Assembly: GCA_905478245.1 (NCBI GenBank)
Contig: CAJQHT010000030.1
Coordinates: 4,351 to 68,350, forward strand
From: an uncultured Rickettsiales bacterium
GTDB lineage: Bacteria > Pseudomonadota > Alphaproteobacteria > Rickettsiales > UBA1997
Reading direction: 5' to 3'
DNA: 64,000 bases
Under the pieces are notes generated by a model that did no database searches, had not been told where the DNA came from, and saw only the letters and a program-made list of their open reading frames with translations. Positions 27,726-36,475 of this stretch are shown one piece after another (the stretch's first letter is position 1; each line of letters starts with the position of its first letter). The translations under genes and the position numbers were made by a program.

Positions 27726-29240
27726 TTATTTGCAATTATTATTCACAAATAATTTAACAATATTTTTTTCATCAAAAGGAAGATGTTTATCTCCAACTAT
27801 TTGATATTTTTCATGACCCTTTCCAGCAATAATTAAAATATCACCTTCTTTTAAAAGTAAAATAGCCTCATGAATTGCATTTCTTCTATCACCAACTTCA
27901 ATCATCTTATCTTTATTGCTAATAGCTTCAGTAATTTGTCTACGAATTTTTTGCGGATCTTCACCGCGCGGATTATCATCTGTTACAATAATAAAATCAG
28001 CTAAATCATCAGCAATTTTACCCATAATTGCTCTTTTTTTACTATCTCTATCGCCGCCACAGCCAAATAAAATTACAACTCTATTTTTTGTTTGTTTTTT
28101 AGTAATTTTAATTAAATTTTCTAAAGCATCAGGACTATGAGCAAAATCAATATAAATCTTTGCCCCATTCTTTAGAGTAGAAACTTTTTCCATTCTACCT
28201 TCCACTACTGTCAAATTTACTAATTGCTTTGTTAATTTTAATAATTCTTCAGAATTTAAAGATAAATAAGATGAAATAAGAGTCAAGGCACAAATAATAT
28301 TTATAACTTGAAAATTTTCCAATAAAGATAATTCAAACTCATATTCTTGACCATATATTTGTAAAATAATTTGTCTTTTTTCATTATTTTCTATTGATGA
28401 AATTAATTTAAATTCATCCCCATTTTTACCATATGAAACAGATTTTAAAGAATTATCTGTAGCAATCTCAAATATTTGAGCAAAATTATCGCTATCAGCA
28501 TTAATAATTGCTAAAGTAGATTTATTTAATATTTCTCTAAATAAAATCATCTTTGCCGCAAAATAATACGCCATACTTTGATGGTAATCAAGGTGATCTT
28601 GGGTAAAGTTTGTAAAAGCTGCTGCCTTAAAATCAATATTATTAAGCCTACCTTGTTCTAAACCAATAGAGCTTGCCTCAATAATGACAAAATCAATATT
28701 ATATTTCTTAAGAATTGCCAAATTATGATGAAGACAAATAATATCAGGACTAGTTAAAGAGCTAGATATTAAATCATTTTGTAAATTATTTTGTAATTTA
28801 ATATCAACACAATTTACTCCCAAAGTACCAATAGTGGCAGCTTTTTTACCTAAAATTTCCAGAATTTGCCTTGAGAACTCCGCAACAGAAGTTTTGCCAT
28901 TAGTTCCAGTCACAGCAAAAATATTTTCCGGTAATTTATTTTTATAAAATTTCCGCAACATCTCACCTAAAAGATCTTGAGGATCTTCAGCTCTAATTAT
29001 TGTAATATTGTTTGCCAATTTTAACTCCAAAAACTTTCCGCATACAATAATATCTGCACCATTACTCACGGCACTGTCAACAAAGTCAGCACCATTTTTT
29101 AGCTTGCCAGGTAAAGCAAAAAATATTGAATTTTTTCTAATCCTTCTTGAATCAATATCAATAAAATCTACTTTTTTAGATAAATCTTGCTGTGATAAAT
29201 TATAATCATCGGAATTTATAAGTTCTTCTAAGAGCATCAT
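27726..29240 (-). CDS. murE: UDP-N-acetylmuramoyl-L-alanyl-D-glutamate--2,6-diaminopimelate ligase
   Basis: Mur ligase motifs TGTNGKTS and GCGGDRDSKKR, plus the DNPR motif (TDDNPRGEDP) characteristic of mDAP-adding MurE. Confidence 0.93.
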   Translation of the reverse strand: MMLLEELINSDDYNLSQQDLSKKVDFIDIDSRRIRKNSIFFALPGKLKNGADFVDSAVSNGADIIVCGKFLELKLANNITIIRAEDPQDLLGEMLRKFYKNKLPENIFAVTGTNGKTSVAEFSRQILEILGKKAATIGTLGVNCVDIKLQNNLQNDLISSSLTSPDIICLHHNLAILKKYNIDFVIIEASSIGLEQGRLNNIDFKAAAFTNFTQDHLDYHQSMAYYFAAKMILFREILNKSTLAIINADSDNFAQIFEIATDNSLKSVSYGKNGDEFKLISSIENNEKRQIILQIYGQEYEFELSLLENFQVINIICALTLISSYLSLNSEELLKLTKQLVNLTVVEGRMEKVSTLKNGAKIYIDFAHSPDALENLIKITKKQTKNRVVILFGCGGDRDSKKRAIMGKIADDLADFIIVTDDNPRGEDPQKIRRQITEAISNKDKMIEVGDRRNAIHEAILLLKEGDILIIAGKGHEKYQIVGDKHLPFDEKNIVKLFVNNNCK

Positions 29241-29419
29241 ACTTTATATTACTTGTTTTTTAAGTTCAGATAAATAAAATTAAGCTCTAAAAAACTTTAA
29301 GAAAATTTTAATCATTTAACTTAACATTTAAGTGATAATAAAATTACTTTCCTTATAAGTAAAGCTTGAACTTTAACTAGATCAACTATAACTATTAAAT
29401 TAAAAAACACAAATATATT

Positions 29420-30208
29420 ATGCCTCAAAATCAAGATTATCTAGAAATAGCTGGCAAAAAATTCTCTTCTCGCTTATTAGTTGGAACCGGAAAATATAAA
29501 GATTTTCAAGAAACAAAAGATGCCATTGAGGCCAGCGAAGCTGAAATTGTTACCGTTGCCGTTAGAAGAGTCAATATTGCTGCTAAAGACGAGCCAATGC
29601 TACAAGATTACATAGATCCCAAAAAATATACCTATTTACCAAATACAGCAGGCTGTTTTACAGCTGATGACGCCGTTAGAACTCTTAGATTAGCCAAAGC
29701 TGCTGGTGGTTGGAATTTAGTAAAATTAGAAGTATTATCAAATGATCAAACCTTATATCCAAAAGTAATAGAAACAATTAAAGCTGCAGAATTATTAGTT
29801 AATGATGGTTTTGATGTTATGGTTTACACTAATGACGATCCAATTGTGGCTCAAGAATTAGAGGATATTGGCTGCTGTGCTATTATGCCACTTGGCGCCC
29901 CTATCGGCTCTGGTCTTGGTATTCAAAATTTATTAAATATTGAATTAATTGTTAATCAAAGTAAAGTTCCAGTTTTAGTTGATGCTGGAGTTGGAGTACC
30001 AAGTGACGCAGCTAAGGCAATGGAAATAGGTTGCGACGGCGTTTTAATGAATAGTGCAATTGCTCACGCACAAAATCCTATCTTAATGGCTCAAGCCATG
30101 AATTACGCAGTTAAAGCTGGCAGAAATTCATTCCTTGCCGGCAGAATGGCTAAAAATTATCTGGGCTGCGCTTCTTCTCCAGATCAAGGAAGAATCGCTG
30201 TAAAATAA
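29420..30208 (+). CDS. thiG: Thiazole synthase
   Basis: 262 aa with [35 protein letters not shown] and [11 protein letters not shown]. Confidence 0.95.
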   Translation: MPQNQDYLEIAGKKFSSRLLVGTGKYKDFQETKDAIEASEAEIVTVAVRRVNIAAKDEPMLQDYIDPKKYTYLPNTAGCFTADDAVRTLRLAKAAGGWNLVKLEVLSNDQTLYPKVIETIKAAELLVNDGFDVMVYTNDDPIVAQELEDIGCCAIMPLGAPIGSGLGIQNLLNIELIVNQSKVPVLVDAGVGVPSDAAKAMEIGCDGVLMNSAIAHAQNPILMAQAMNYAVKAGRNSFLAGRMAKNYLGCASSPDQGRIAVK

Positions 30209-30213
30209 TAAAG

Positions 30214-30304
30214 TGTATTATTTTGATACAAATTGTATCATTATAAGACATGTGATTTAATAATATCTGTATTATTTTGATACATATTGTATTATTTTCA
30301 TACA
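30214..30304. promoter_or_regulatory. Array of four 17-bp palindromic units (TGTATTATTTTGATACA) upstream of the phosphomannomutase gene
   Basis: Units at 30214-30230 and 30268-30284 are identical. The unit at 30288-30304 has one change, and the unit at 30234-30250 is degenerate (TGTATCATTATAAGACA). Each reads TGTAT-N7-ATACA. The units form two pairs, each with 20-bp centre spacing. Confidence 0.5.
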
Positions 30305-30324
30305 TAATAAATATATAGTTCAAT

Positions 30325-31785
30325 ATGTCATATAAATTTCACAATTCAATATTACGCGCTTACGATATTAGAGGTATCATCGATGAAACATTGAGCAATG
30401 AAGATGCTTTTTTTATAGGAAAATCATTTGCCACGCACTTAAAAAAAGAAGGTAAAAATAAAGTTGTGATTGGCTATGATGGTCGCTTAAGTTCAGTTGA
30501 ATTAAAAGATTCCTTAGCAAAAGGCTTAGTTGAATCTGGCTGTGAAGTTGTTAATATCGGTCTTGGTCCCACTCCAATGCTTTATTTTGGTGTACATTTT
30601 TTAGAATTTGACGCCGGAATAATGATTACCGGCTCTCACAATCCCGCAAATCATAATGGCTTTAAATTAACTTTAAAAGATTCACCATTTTTCGGAGAAC
30701 AAATATTAGAATTAGGGAAAATTTCTCAAGAAGGTAATTTCATTGAAGGAAGCGGTAGCCTTAAAAATAAAAATATATTAGAAAATTATGTTAATAGAGT
30801 TATTCAGGATTCAGCATTATCAAAAGAAGGTGCATTAATTGATGAGATTGACGATTTCTTTCCCGAGGAAAGAATATTAAGAATAGCCTGGGATGCTGGC
30901 AATGGAGCCGCAGGAGAGGTTATGAAAAAAATTAGCAAAAGATTAAAAACTAAAAATTTTCTTTTATTTGACAAAATTGACGGTAGCTTTCCTAATCACC
31001 ACCCAGATCCAACTATGGAAGAAAATCTAATAGATTTAAAGAATTGCGTTTTTAAAAATAATTGTCATCTCGGTATCGCCTTTGATGGTGATGGCGACAG
31101 AATTGGCGTGATTGACGATGAAGGAGTAGTAATTTGGGGAGATCAACTTATGAGTATTTTTGCTAAATCTATTTTAAAAGAACAGCATGGCGCCACAATT
31201 ATTGCTGACGTTAAGGCAAGTCAAACCTTATTTGATGCTATTAAAGAAAATGGAGGCAAACCATTAATGTGGAAAACTGGTCACTCTTTTATTAAATCTA
31301 AAATGAAAGAAATTAACGCTCCATTAGCTGGCGAAATGAGCGGTCACATCTTTTTTGCTGATAAATATTATGGCTTTGATGACGCTTTATACGCCGCCAT
31401 CAGATTAATAGACATTTTATTATCAAGTGATAAAAAATTAAGTGATATCAGGAAAAAACTACCAAAAACATATGCAACCGCAGAAATCAGAATTGAATGT
31501 GATGATATTAAAAAATTCTCTATTATTAGCGATATTCAAGCCGAGCTAAGAAAGAACAATCAAGAATTTAATGATATTGACGGCGTCAGACTAAACAATA
31601 AAGATGGCTGGTGGCTTTTAAGAGCATCCAACACTCAAGCAGTTCTTGTTGCACGTTGCGAAGGCAAAACTCCAGAGCAATTAGAAAATTTAAAAGAAAA
31701 TCTGGCAAATATTTTGACAAAGAACAATGTCACCCTTCCAGAAATACTGGAAAATAAAACTGATTTCAAACAGGTGACAGGTTAA
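30325..31785 (+). CDS. Phosphomannomutase/phosphoglucomutase (alpha-D-phosphohexomutase family)
   Basis: Catalytic loop TGSHNPANHNGFK, metal-binding FDGDGDR, and sugar-binding GEMSGH. 486 aa. Substrate specificity cannot be decided from the sequence alone. Confidence 0.85.
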   Translation: MSYKFHNSILRAYDIRGIIDETLSNEDAFFIGKSFATHLKKEGKNKVVIGYDGRLSSVELKDSLAKGLVESGCEVVNIGLGPTPMLYFGVHFLEFDAGIMITGSHNPANHNGFKLTLKDSPFFGEQILELGKISQEGNFIEGSGSLKNKNILENYVNRVIQDSALSKEGALIDEIDDFFPEERILRIAWDAGNGAAGEVMKKISKRLKTKNFLLFDKIDGSFPNHHPDPTMEENLIDLKNCVFKNNCHLGIAFDGDGDRIGVIDDEGVVIWGDQLMSIFAKSILKEQHGATIIADVKASQTLFDAIKENGGKPLMWKTGHSFIKSKMKEINAPLAGEMSGHIFFADKYYGFDDALYAAIRLIDILLSSDKKLSDIRKKLPKTYATAEIRIECDDIKKFSIISDIQAELRKNNQEFNDIDGVRLNNKDGWWLLRASNTQAVLVARCEGKTPEQLENLKENLANILTKNNVTLPEILENKTDFKQVTG

Positions 31786-31791
31786 CAACAA

Positions 31792-32091
31792 ATGAGCAAG
31801 GATACAAAAACAGAAAATTTACAATTTCTAAAAAAAGAGGATAACTCCAGCTATGTATGGAAATTCATAGGAGATCCAAGAAGCAGTAAGGTTATAGCAG
31901 GATTTATAGCACCAGCTTTTGGATGCAGTCAAGCCATTATTACCACAAGAATTATGCCAAGATTAAGATATTTGCAAGAAAAGCTAGGAATTTGCATAGC
32001 ATATCCCCAATATTCAGATGAAGCATTAATTGTTGAAAATAAATCTACAAAAAATTTCTTTAGGGAAGCTGGGATTAAATCAATTTCTTGA
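31792..32091 (+). CDS. Hypothetical protein (possibly the N-terminal part of a frameshifted larger gene)
   Basis: 99-aa ORF starting 6 nt after the PMM stop. I recognise no family. Its 3' 62 nt are also open in the frame of the next ORF. Confidence 0.45.
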   Translation: MSKDTKTENLQFLKKEDNSSYVWKFIGDPRSSKVIAGFIAPAFGCSQAIITTRIMPRLRYLQEKLGICIAYPQYSDEALIVENKSTKNFFREAGIKSIS

Positions 32092-32131
32092 TCTATATCA
32101 AGAAAACAAAAAACATCAAGATAAAACAGTA

Positions 32132-33370
32132 ATGCTTATGCCAATGATGGGAGGTAGAGGAACTGAAAGAATAATACCACTCATTCATAAATATTTTCAA
32201 CAAAATCCAAGCGAAATTCAGAGCGACTTCCTTATAACTGGATTTGGCAGTATTAGTAATTTCTCTATTCTAGATGCAAAAAATTATTATAAATATATAT
32301 CTAGTCCATTTTATCTAATAATAGACAATGCTGATGAGAAAAAGATTGAGGCATCAAAACATCCAGCAGCTCAATTAGAGTTTTTGCTAAAAAATGAATT
32401 AGATCAAATAAAAGAAGTTGCGACAACAGTAAAAAGTGATGAAAAAAATCAACTAACCCAACTTAATGGTTTCAAAATAAGACATTATGCTCTCAGTAGA
32501 GGAGTTGTAGCAAGAATGCAGCAAGAAAGCGACAATAAATCCAATCCACAATACGATAAAATAATTTCAAATTGGACGCCATCTCCAGATGAAGGAGATT
32601 GGGGATTTGGAATAGAAGGTTTTATAGAAGATTGCTCAAATACAAGCATAACTTTGGAAGATAACAAAGATTCTCAATTAAAAAAACATTGCTTCAAAGG
32701 AGATCATGAAACAATTATTAGAAATTTATTAGAGAAAGCAAAAGTAAAAAATAATTTACCCAAATATATAGAACTAGGATCGTTCACTCTTTCACTTGGA
32801 GGTGAAAGCTATTATCTTGATTTTGACGAAGATGGATTAGTTAAAAATCATGAAAACAACAAAAATAGATTACTAACTGGCGGTGAAGACAATATTACTA
32901 CACCAAATCCATCGTTAAGAATAAAAGAAATAATAGAAACAGAAGCAAGGATAAGGCAACTAATAGAAGAGACAGAAGTAGAAAATCGTGACAAATTAGA
33001 GCAATTAGAAAAACTGCGGGAAAGGATCGTCAAAATACCAGAAACCATAAAAGGAAAAATATCAAGAAATGAAGAATTGACAATTGATGATATGGGAGAA
33101 ATACTGGAAATGGAAAGAAAAGCTCAGAAAGAAATACAGGAAAAGATCGAATCAATTTCTACAGAATATGATATACCCACAACCCTTAATCCAAAATTTG
33201 GTCATATCAGTAATCATGGAGTAGATAATAGTGGGTTATGTCGAGTCACATTTAAAGATGGCTCGTTAATAAGAGAATTAGAAGAGAGATATCAACATCG
33301 TCAAAAGCAGCAGGAAGAAATGGAGTCGACAAACCCAAGCTCGTCGCGCCAAGAGAGACCCAATCACTAA
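32132..33370 (+). CDS. Hypothetical protein with a C-terminal coiled-coil and a disordered polar tail
   Basis: The frame is open from 32030, where the track uses a TTG. The first ATG is at 32132 (MLMPMMGGRGTERIIPL...). A heptad-like E/K/R-rich region runs RIKEIIETEARIRQLIEETEVENRDKLEQLEKLRERI...ERKAQKEIQEKIES. I recognise no family. Confidence 0.55.
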   Translation: MLMPMMGGRGTERIIPLIHKYFQQNPSEIQSDFLITGFGSISNFSILDAKNYYKYISSPFYLIIDNADEKKIEASKHPAAQLEFLLKNELDQIKEVATTVKSDEKNQLTQLNGFKIRHYALSRGVVARMQQESDNKSNPQYDKIISNWTPSPDEGDWGFGIEGFIEDCSNTSITLEDNKDSQLKKHCFKGDHETIIRNLLEKAKVKNNLPKYIELGSFTLSLGGESYYLDFDEDGLVKNHENNKNRLLTGGEDNITTPNPSLRIKEIIETEARIRQLIEETEVENRDKLEQLEKLRERIVKIPETIKGKISRNEELTIDDMGEILEMERKAQKEIQEKIESISTEYDIPTTLNPKFGHISNHGVDNSGLCRVTFKDGSLIRELEERYQHRQKQQEEMESTNPSSSRQERPNH

Positions 33371-33453
33371 CAACAGCACAAGCAACAGAAGACAAGAGCC
33401 CTAGAACAAACTAGCCTAAAAAAATAATTATTAACTTTAATTAGCAAAAATCT

Positions 33454-33474
33454 TTATAAATGAATTAAATTCTA
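33454..33474 (-). repeat. MITE fragment (variant 2 interior)
   Basis: TTATAAATGAATTAAATTCTA matches the element interior. Its last three nt (CTA, 33472-33474) are the TAG stop of mlaC on the minus strand. Confidence 0.45.
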
Positions 33475-34104
33475 GTTATTAGCGCTTTTTCTCAATTCTT
33501 CGACCCTCTCACTCATATCTTGTAAAAAGCCATCTAGGCCTTTTTGAGAAATTACTGAATTAAATTCTGATCTTTGGGTCTCAATTAAACTAACCCCTTC
33601 GGCAATTATGTCTAAAATAGCAAATTCATCACTATTTTTTATTTTCTTTAATCTAAATGCAATATTAACATCTGGATTATCTTTTGTAACCAGCAAACAT
33701 TTTACCATAAAATATTTACCTTGATTTAAAACCTCTTTTATTTTAAATTTCTCACCATTGTAACCCTTAAAAGATGGGGCATATGTATATATTATAAAAT
33801 CACGATATAATTTTTGAAATTCAGTAAATTGCTCTTTAGTGGCAGAGCGATAATTTCTTGCCAAAACAAATCTAGCAATCCATTTACTATCCACAACTGA
33901 ATCCATTAATTGAATTATTTCATTTTTTCTATCTTGCAAAGGCATATTTTTATTACTAGCTATCTCAATAATATTGTCACCCAAATTATTGATAAAATTC
34001 TCCGCCTCTAAATTACTGTCAGCCCATGATCTTGTAGTAAAAAGGACCGTAATCATTATTATAAAAATAAACTTCAATTTATTTTGTAATTTTTTATTAT
34101 ACAT
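33472..34104 (-). CDS. mlaC: Phospholipid-binding periplasmic protein MlaC (Ttg2D family)
   Basis: 210 aa with a signal peptide. The pattern ...FARFVLARNYRSATKEQFTEFQKLYRDFIIYTYA...F is typical of MlaC/toluene-tolerance Ttg2D. Confidence 0.75.
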   Translation of the reverse strand: MYNKKLQNKLKFIFIIMITVLFTTRSWADSNLEAENFINNLGDNIIEIASNKNMPLQDRKNEIIQLMDSVVDSKWIARFVLARNYRSATKEQFTEFQKLYRDFIIYTYAPSFKGYNGEKFKIKEVLNQGKYFMVKCLLVTKDNPDVNIAFRLKKIKNSDEFAILDIIAEGVSLIETQRSEFNSVISQKGLDGFLQDMSERVEELRKSANN

Positions 34105-34917
34105 TTAATTATTCTTAATTTTATTATTAATTCGAGCTTCTCTATTTTGCATAAAAGCACTCCGCGCAGTAGCGTAAGGATCAAAAGAATTTTCTCTTAA
34201 ACCAGAGACTATATTCAACAAGCCCTCTCTTTTATCAATCAAAGAAATAACCGTAAGAGCCAAGAACGCATCGTCACTAACCAAATTATCACCATTAACA
34301 GTAACAGACTCAATAGAAATAACATCAAAAGCAATTCTGGCAGCAAAACCAGTAAAATCACGCAAATTTGAAGGACCTAAGAAAGGTATCACCAAATATG
34401 GACCAGGTCCAACACCGTAAGAAGCTAAAGTTTGACCAAAGTCCTCTTTATTATAGTCAATATCTTTTGCCGAAGCTACGTCAATAAAGCCAAGCAAGCC
34501 AATAGTGCTATTTATTAAAAAGGCTGAAAAGCTAGACATTGTATTTTCTGCACTACCCTGTAAAATTGAATTAAATATTGTAAATGGGGACGCTAAATTA
34601 CTAATAAAATTTCTAATAGATATTCGTGCTTTTTTTGGTATTGATTTCTGGTAACCGCGAGCAATATGTTCAAAGAAATAACGATCCGTTACATCGTTAA
34701 ATTTATATATTATGCGATTAACAGGCTCTAGCGGATCGTAAACCTCAGTATGCTCTCGTTTTAGATCAAAATTAAAATCTCCATAATCTTCAAAATCACT
34801 ATCTGTGTAAAGCTTATCATCGCTAAATGAATATGAGTTTTGCAATATTATAAAATTAGATAAAGCAATAATTATAATAATATTTAATATTTTAATTTTA
34901 TCTATAAATATTTTCAC
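34105..34917 (-). CDS. mlaA: MlaA/VacJ family outer-membrane lipoprotein
   Basis: DPLEPVNRIIYKFNDVTDRYFFEHIARGYQ...IRNFISNLASPFTIFNSILQG and GPYLVIPFLGPSNLRD, which are hallmark VacJ motifs. Confidence 0.85.
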   Translation of the reverse strand: MKIFIDKIKILNIIIIIALSNFIILQNSYSFSDDKLYTDSDFEDYGDFNFDLKREHTEVYDPLEPVNRIIYKFNDVTDRYFFEHIARGYQKSIPKKARISIRNFISNLASPFTIFNSILQGSAENTMSSFSAFLINSTIGLLGFIDVASAKDIDYNKEDFGQTLASYGVGPGPYLVIPFLGPSNLRDFTGFAARIAFDVISIESVTVNGDNLVSDDAFLALTVISLIDKREGLLNIVSGLRENSFDPYATARSAFMQNREARINNKIKNN

Positions 34918-34920
34918 AGG

Positions 34921-35478
34921 CTATTTATCCTTTTTATTATCATTACCACCGCCCTTATTACCCTCTTCATTATTCTTTTTATCATCCTTTCCTAAGGCAA
35001 GGTTATTATATATAATATCAGACAAGGAAATTTTCTCTCTTTGTGATTCCTCTTTTTCCAGCTCTTGATTTTTTTTCAGAATATAATTCTGCGCTCTAAT
35101 TTTAATTTGTTTAATTTTTTCATCAATATTTTGATCAATCTCATATAATCTTCTCATTGATTTTTTAGCTGCAGAATTATTCTCTTTAATTAAATAACAA
35201 TATATTAAACCAAAATGAGCTCTTTTATCCTCGGGCCAGAATTTCCTAACTATTTTTAATCTAAAAACTGTCTCACTAATATTTCCTTTTTTAAAATGCC
35301 TATTAGCTAAATCGTAATTTGATTTATGAAGATCTTGCATTTTTTCTGCAATAACATCAATCTCAAGTAACATATTTTTTAAAAAACCAGAAGCCCCATT
35401 GATAAACTTAATAGTCTTAGATGGCTCTTTATTTTTACCTTTATCTTTTTTTATAAGATTTTTAAAATATTTAAACAT
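34921..35478 (-). CDS. Hypothetical protein, TPR-like helical, with a low-complexity K/N/G tail
   Basis: 185 aa immediately upstream of mlaA on the same strand with a 3-nt gap. The helical repeat-like core reads YDLANRHFKKGNISETVFRLKIVRKFWPEDKRAHFGLIYCYL. The tail reads KDDKKNNEEGNKGGGNDNKKDK. Confidence 0.5.
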   Translation of the reverse strand: MFKYFKNLIKKDKGKNKEPSKTIKFINGASGFLKNMLLEIDVIAEKMQDLHKSNYDLANRHFKKGNISETVFRLKIVRKFWPEDKRAHFGLIYCYLIKENNSAAKKSMRRLYEIDQNIDEKIKQIKIRAQNYILKKNQELEKEESQREKISLSDIIYNNLALGKDDKKNNEEGNKGGGNDNKKDK

Positions 35479-35506
35479 TTAATATTATTTATTAAAATGG
35501 GTTTTA

Positions 35507-35679
35507 TACCAATTCCCATTCTTTAATGAATGATACAGGCAAAATATTTTTTAGATAAAAATTATAAAAAACGAGTCGTCAATATGTACATATTACGCGA
35601 GGCTTTTTATGATTTTAATCAAAAAATATAAAGTTAGATTATTTATTATTTTAACCCATTTTAAAGATGGGAATTGGTA
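35507..35679 (-). mobile_element. Palindromic MITE-like element, variant 1 (full length)
   Basis: 173 bp. Its reverse complement matches the 23826 copy exactly over the first approximately 83 nt and nearly so elsewhere, except the central approximately 20 nt (here AATATGTACATATT, a perfect palindrome). TTA flanks at 35504-35506 and 35680-35682. Confidence 0.9.
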
Positions 35680-36464
35680 TTAACATAAGATTGAACATAA
35701 ACAATATCCCAGCTGGCGATAATTTTAGAATCTAAATTAAATTTTTTCAAATAAAAATTGTTTAAATTTTCAAAATCTCTTTTTTTAATGAATTTATTAT
35801 GTTTCTTATTTGAATATGAAGCCCCTATATTTTTCATAGATCTTAATAATTCATAGACATTATCATAATATAAATCAATTCTTTGTTTTTTTAATATTTT
35901 ATAAGAGCCAAAATTGCTATTACACAAGATTTTCTCTAAATCTTCTAATTTTATAAAATTATTAATTGCTAAATCAATATTTAAAACCCTACAAGACTCT
36001 CTTAATTGCCATAAAGTATCTTCAGTAAAAATATTAAATATAAAAGCTGATCCAGATTTTAAAATCTTAGCAATATTATTAAAAGCAATATTCAGATTAC
36101 CCATCCACTGTAAAGCCAGAGAAGATAAGGCTAAATCAAAATAGGAATCTTTAATAGGCAGATTCTCAATATCGGCATTTATATTATTAACAAATTTACC
36201 ATCATCACTATTATTCAAAAACATTTCCAAGGAAATATCTAGTTGAAAAATATTTTTATCAATAAAACCGTTATTTATAATATTTTTTCTCAAAAAACCA
36301 CTACCACTACCTAGATCAATTATATTTTTTGATTTATCTATATCTTTTTTCGATAAATTAAATAAATTATTAGCAATTTGACGCTGCAAATCAGCTTTCT
36401 TGTCATAATTAGAAGAAAAACGATTAAAATTTGATTTGATTTTTGCTTTATCAACAATAAACAT
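35661..36464 (-). CDS. Class I SAM-dependent methyltransferase, BioC-like
   Basis: FNRFSSNYDKKADLQRQIANNL plus the SAM motif IIDLGSGSGFL and LSSLALQW. The last six codons (NTNSHL) and the stop are encoded inside the MITE at 35507-35679. Confidence 0.7.
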   Translation of the reverse strand: MFIVDKAKIKSNFNRFSSNYDKKADLQRQIANNLFNLSKKDIDKSKNIIDLGSGSGFLRKNIINNGFIDKNIFQLDISLEMFLNNSDDGKFVNNINADIENLPIKDSYFDLALSSLALQWMGNLNIAFNNIAKILKSGSAFIFNIFTEDTLWQLRESCRVLNIDLAINNFIKLEDLEKILCNSNFGSYKILKKQRIDLYYDNVYELLRSMKNIGASYSNKKHNKFIKKRDFENLNNFYLKKFNLDSKIIASWDIVYVQSYVNTNSHL

Positions 36465-36475
36465 AAAATATATAT

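Noticed and set aside
29241-29419. Possible TPP riboswitch or thiS gene upstream of thiG
   Set aside because: I see no conserved THI-box elements (no CTGAGA or GGGGTGC-type segments). All frames in this region are full of stops. It looks like plain AT-rich spacer.
30214-30304. Match of the 17-bp palindromic units to known operators (E. coli-type LexA CTGT-N8-ACAG, TyrR TGTAAA-N6-TTTACA, NtcA GTA-N8-TAC, CtrA TTAA-N7-TTAA)
   Set aside because: The half-site spacing is off by one or more nucleotides in every case, or the half-site sequence differs. No named regulator can be assigned from the sequence.
35570-35610. Central A-run/palindrome/T-run of the MITEs as bidirectional intrinsic terminators
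   Set aside because: The central stems are short and almost purely A-T (for example AATATGTACATATT). The GC-containing blocks (GCCTCG / CGACTC) are not complementary to each other. Terminator function cannot be supported from the sequence alone.
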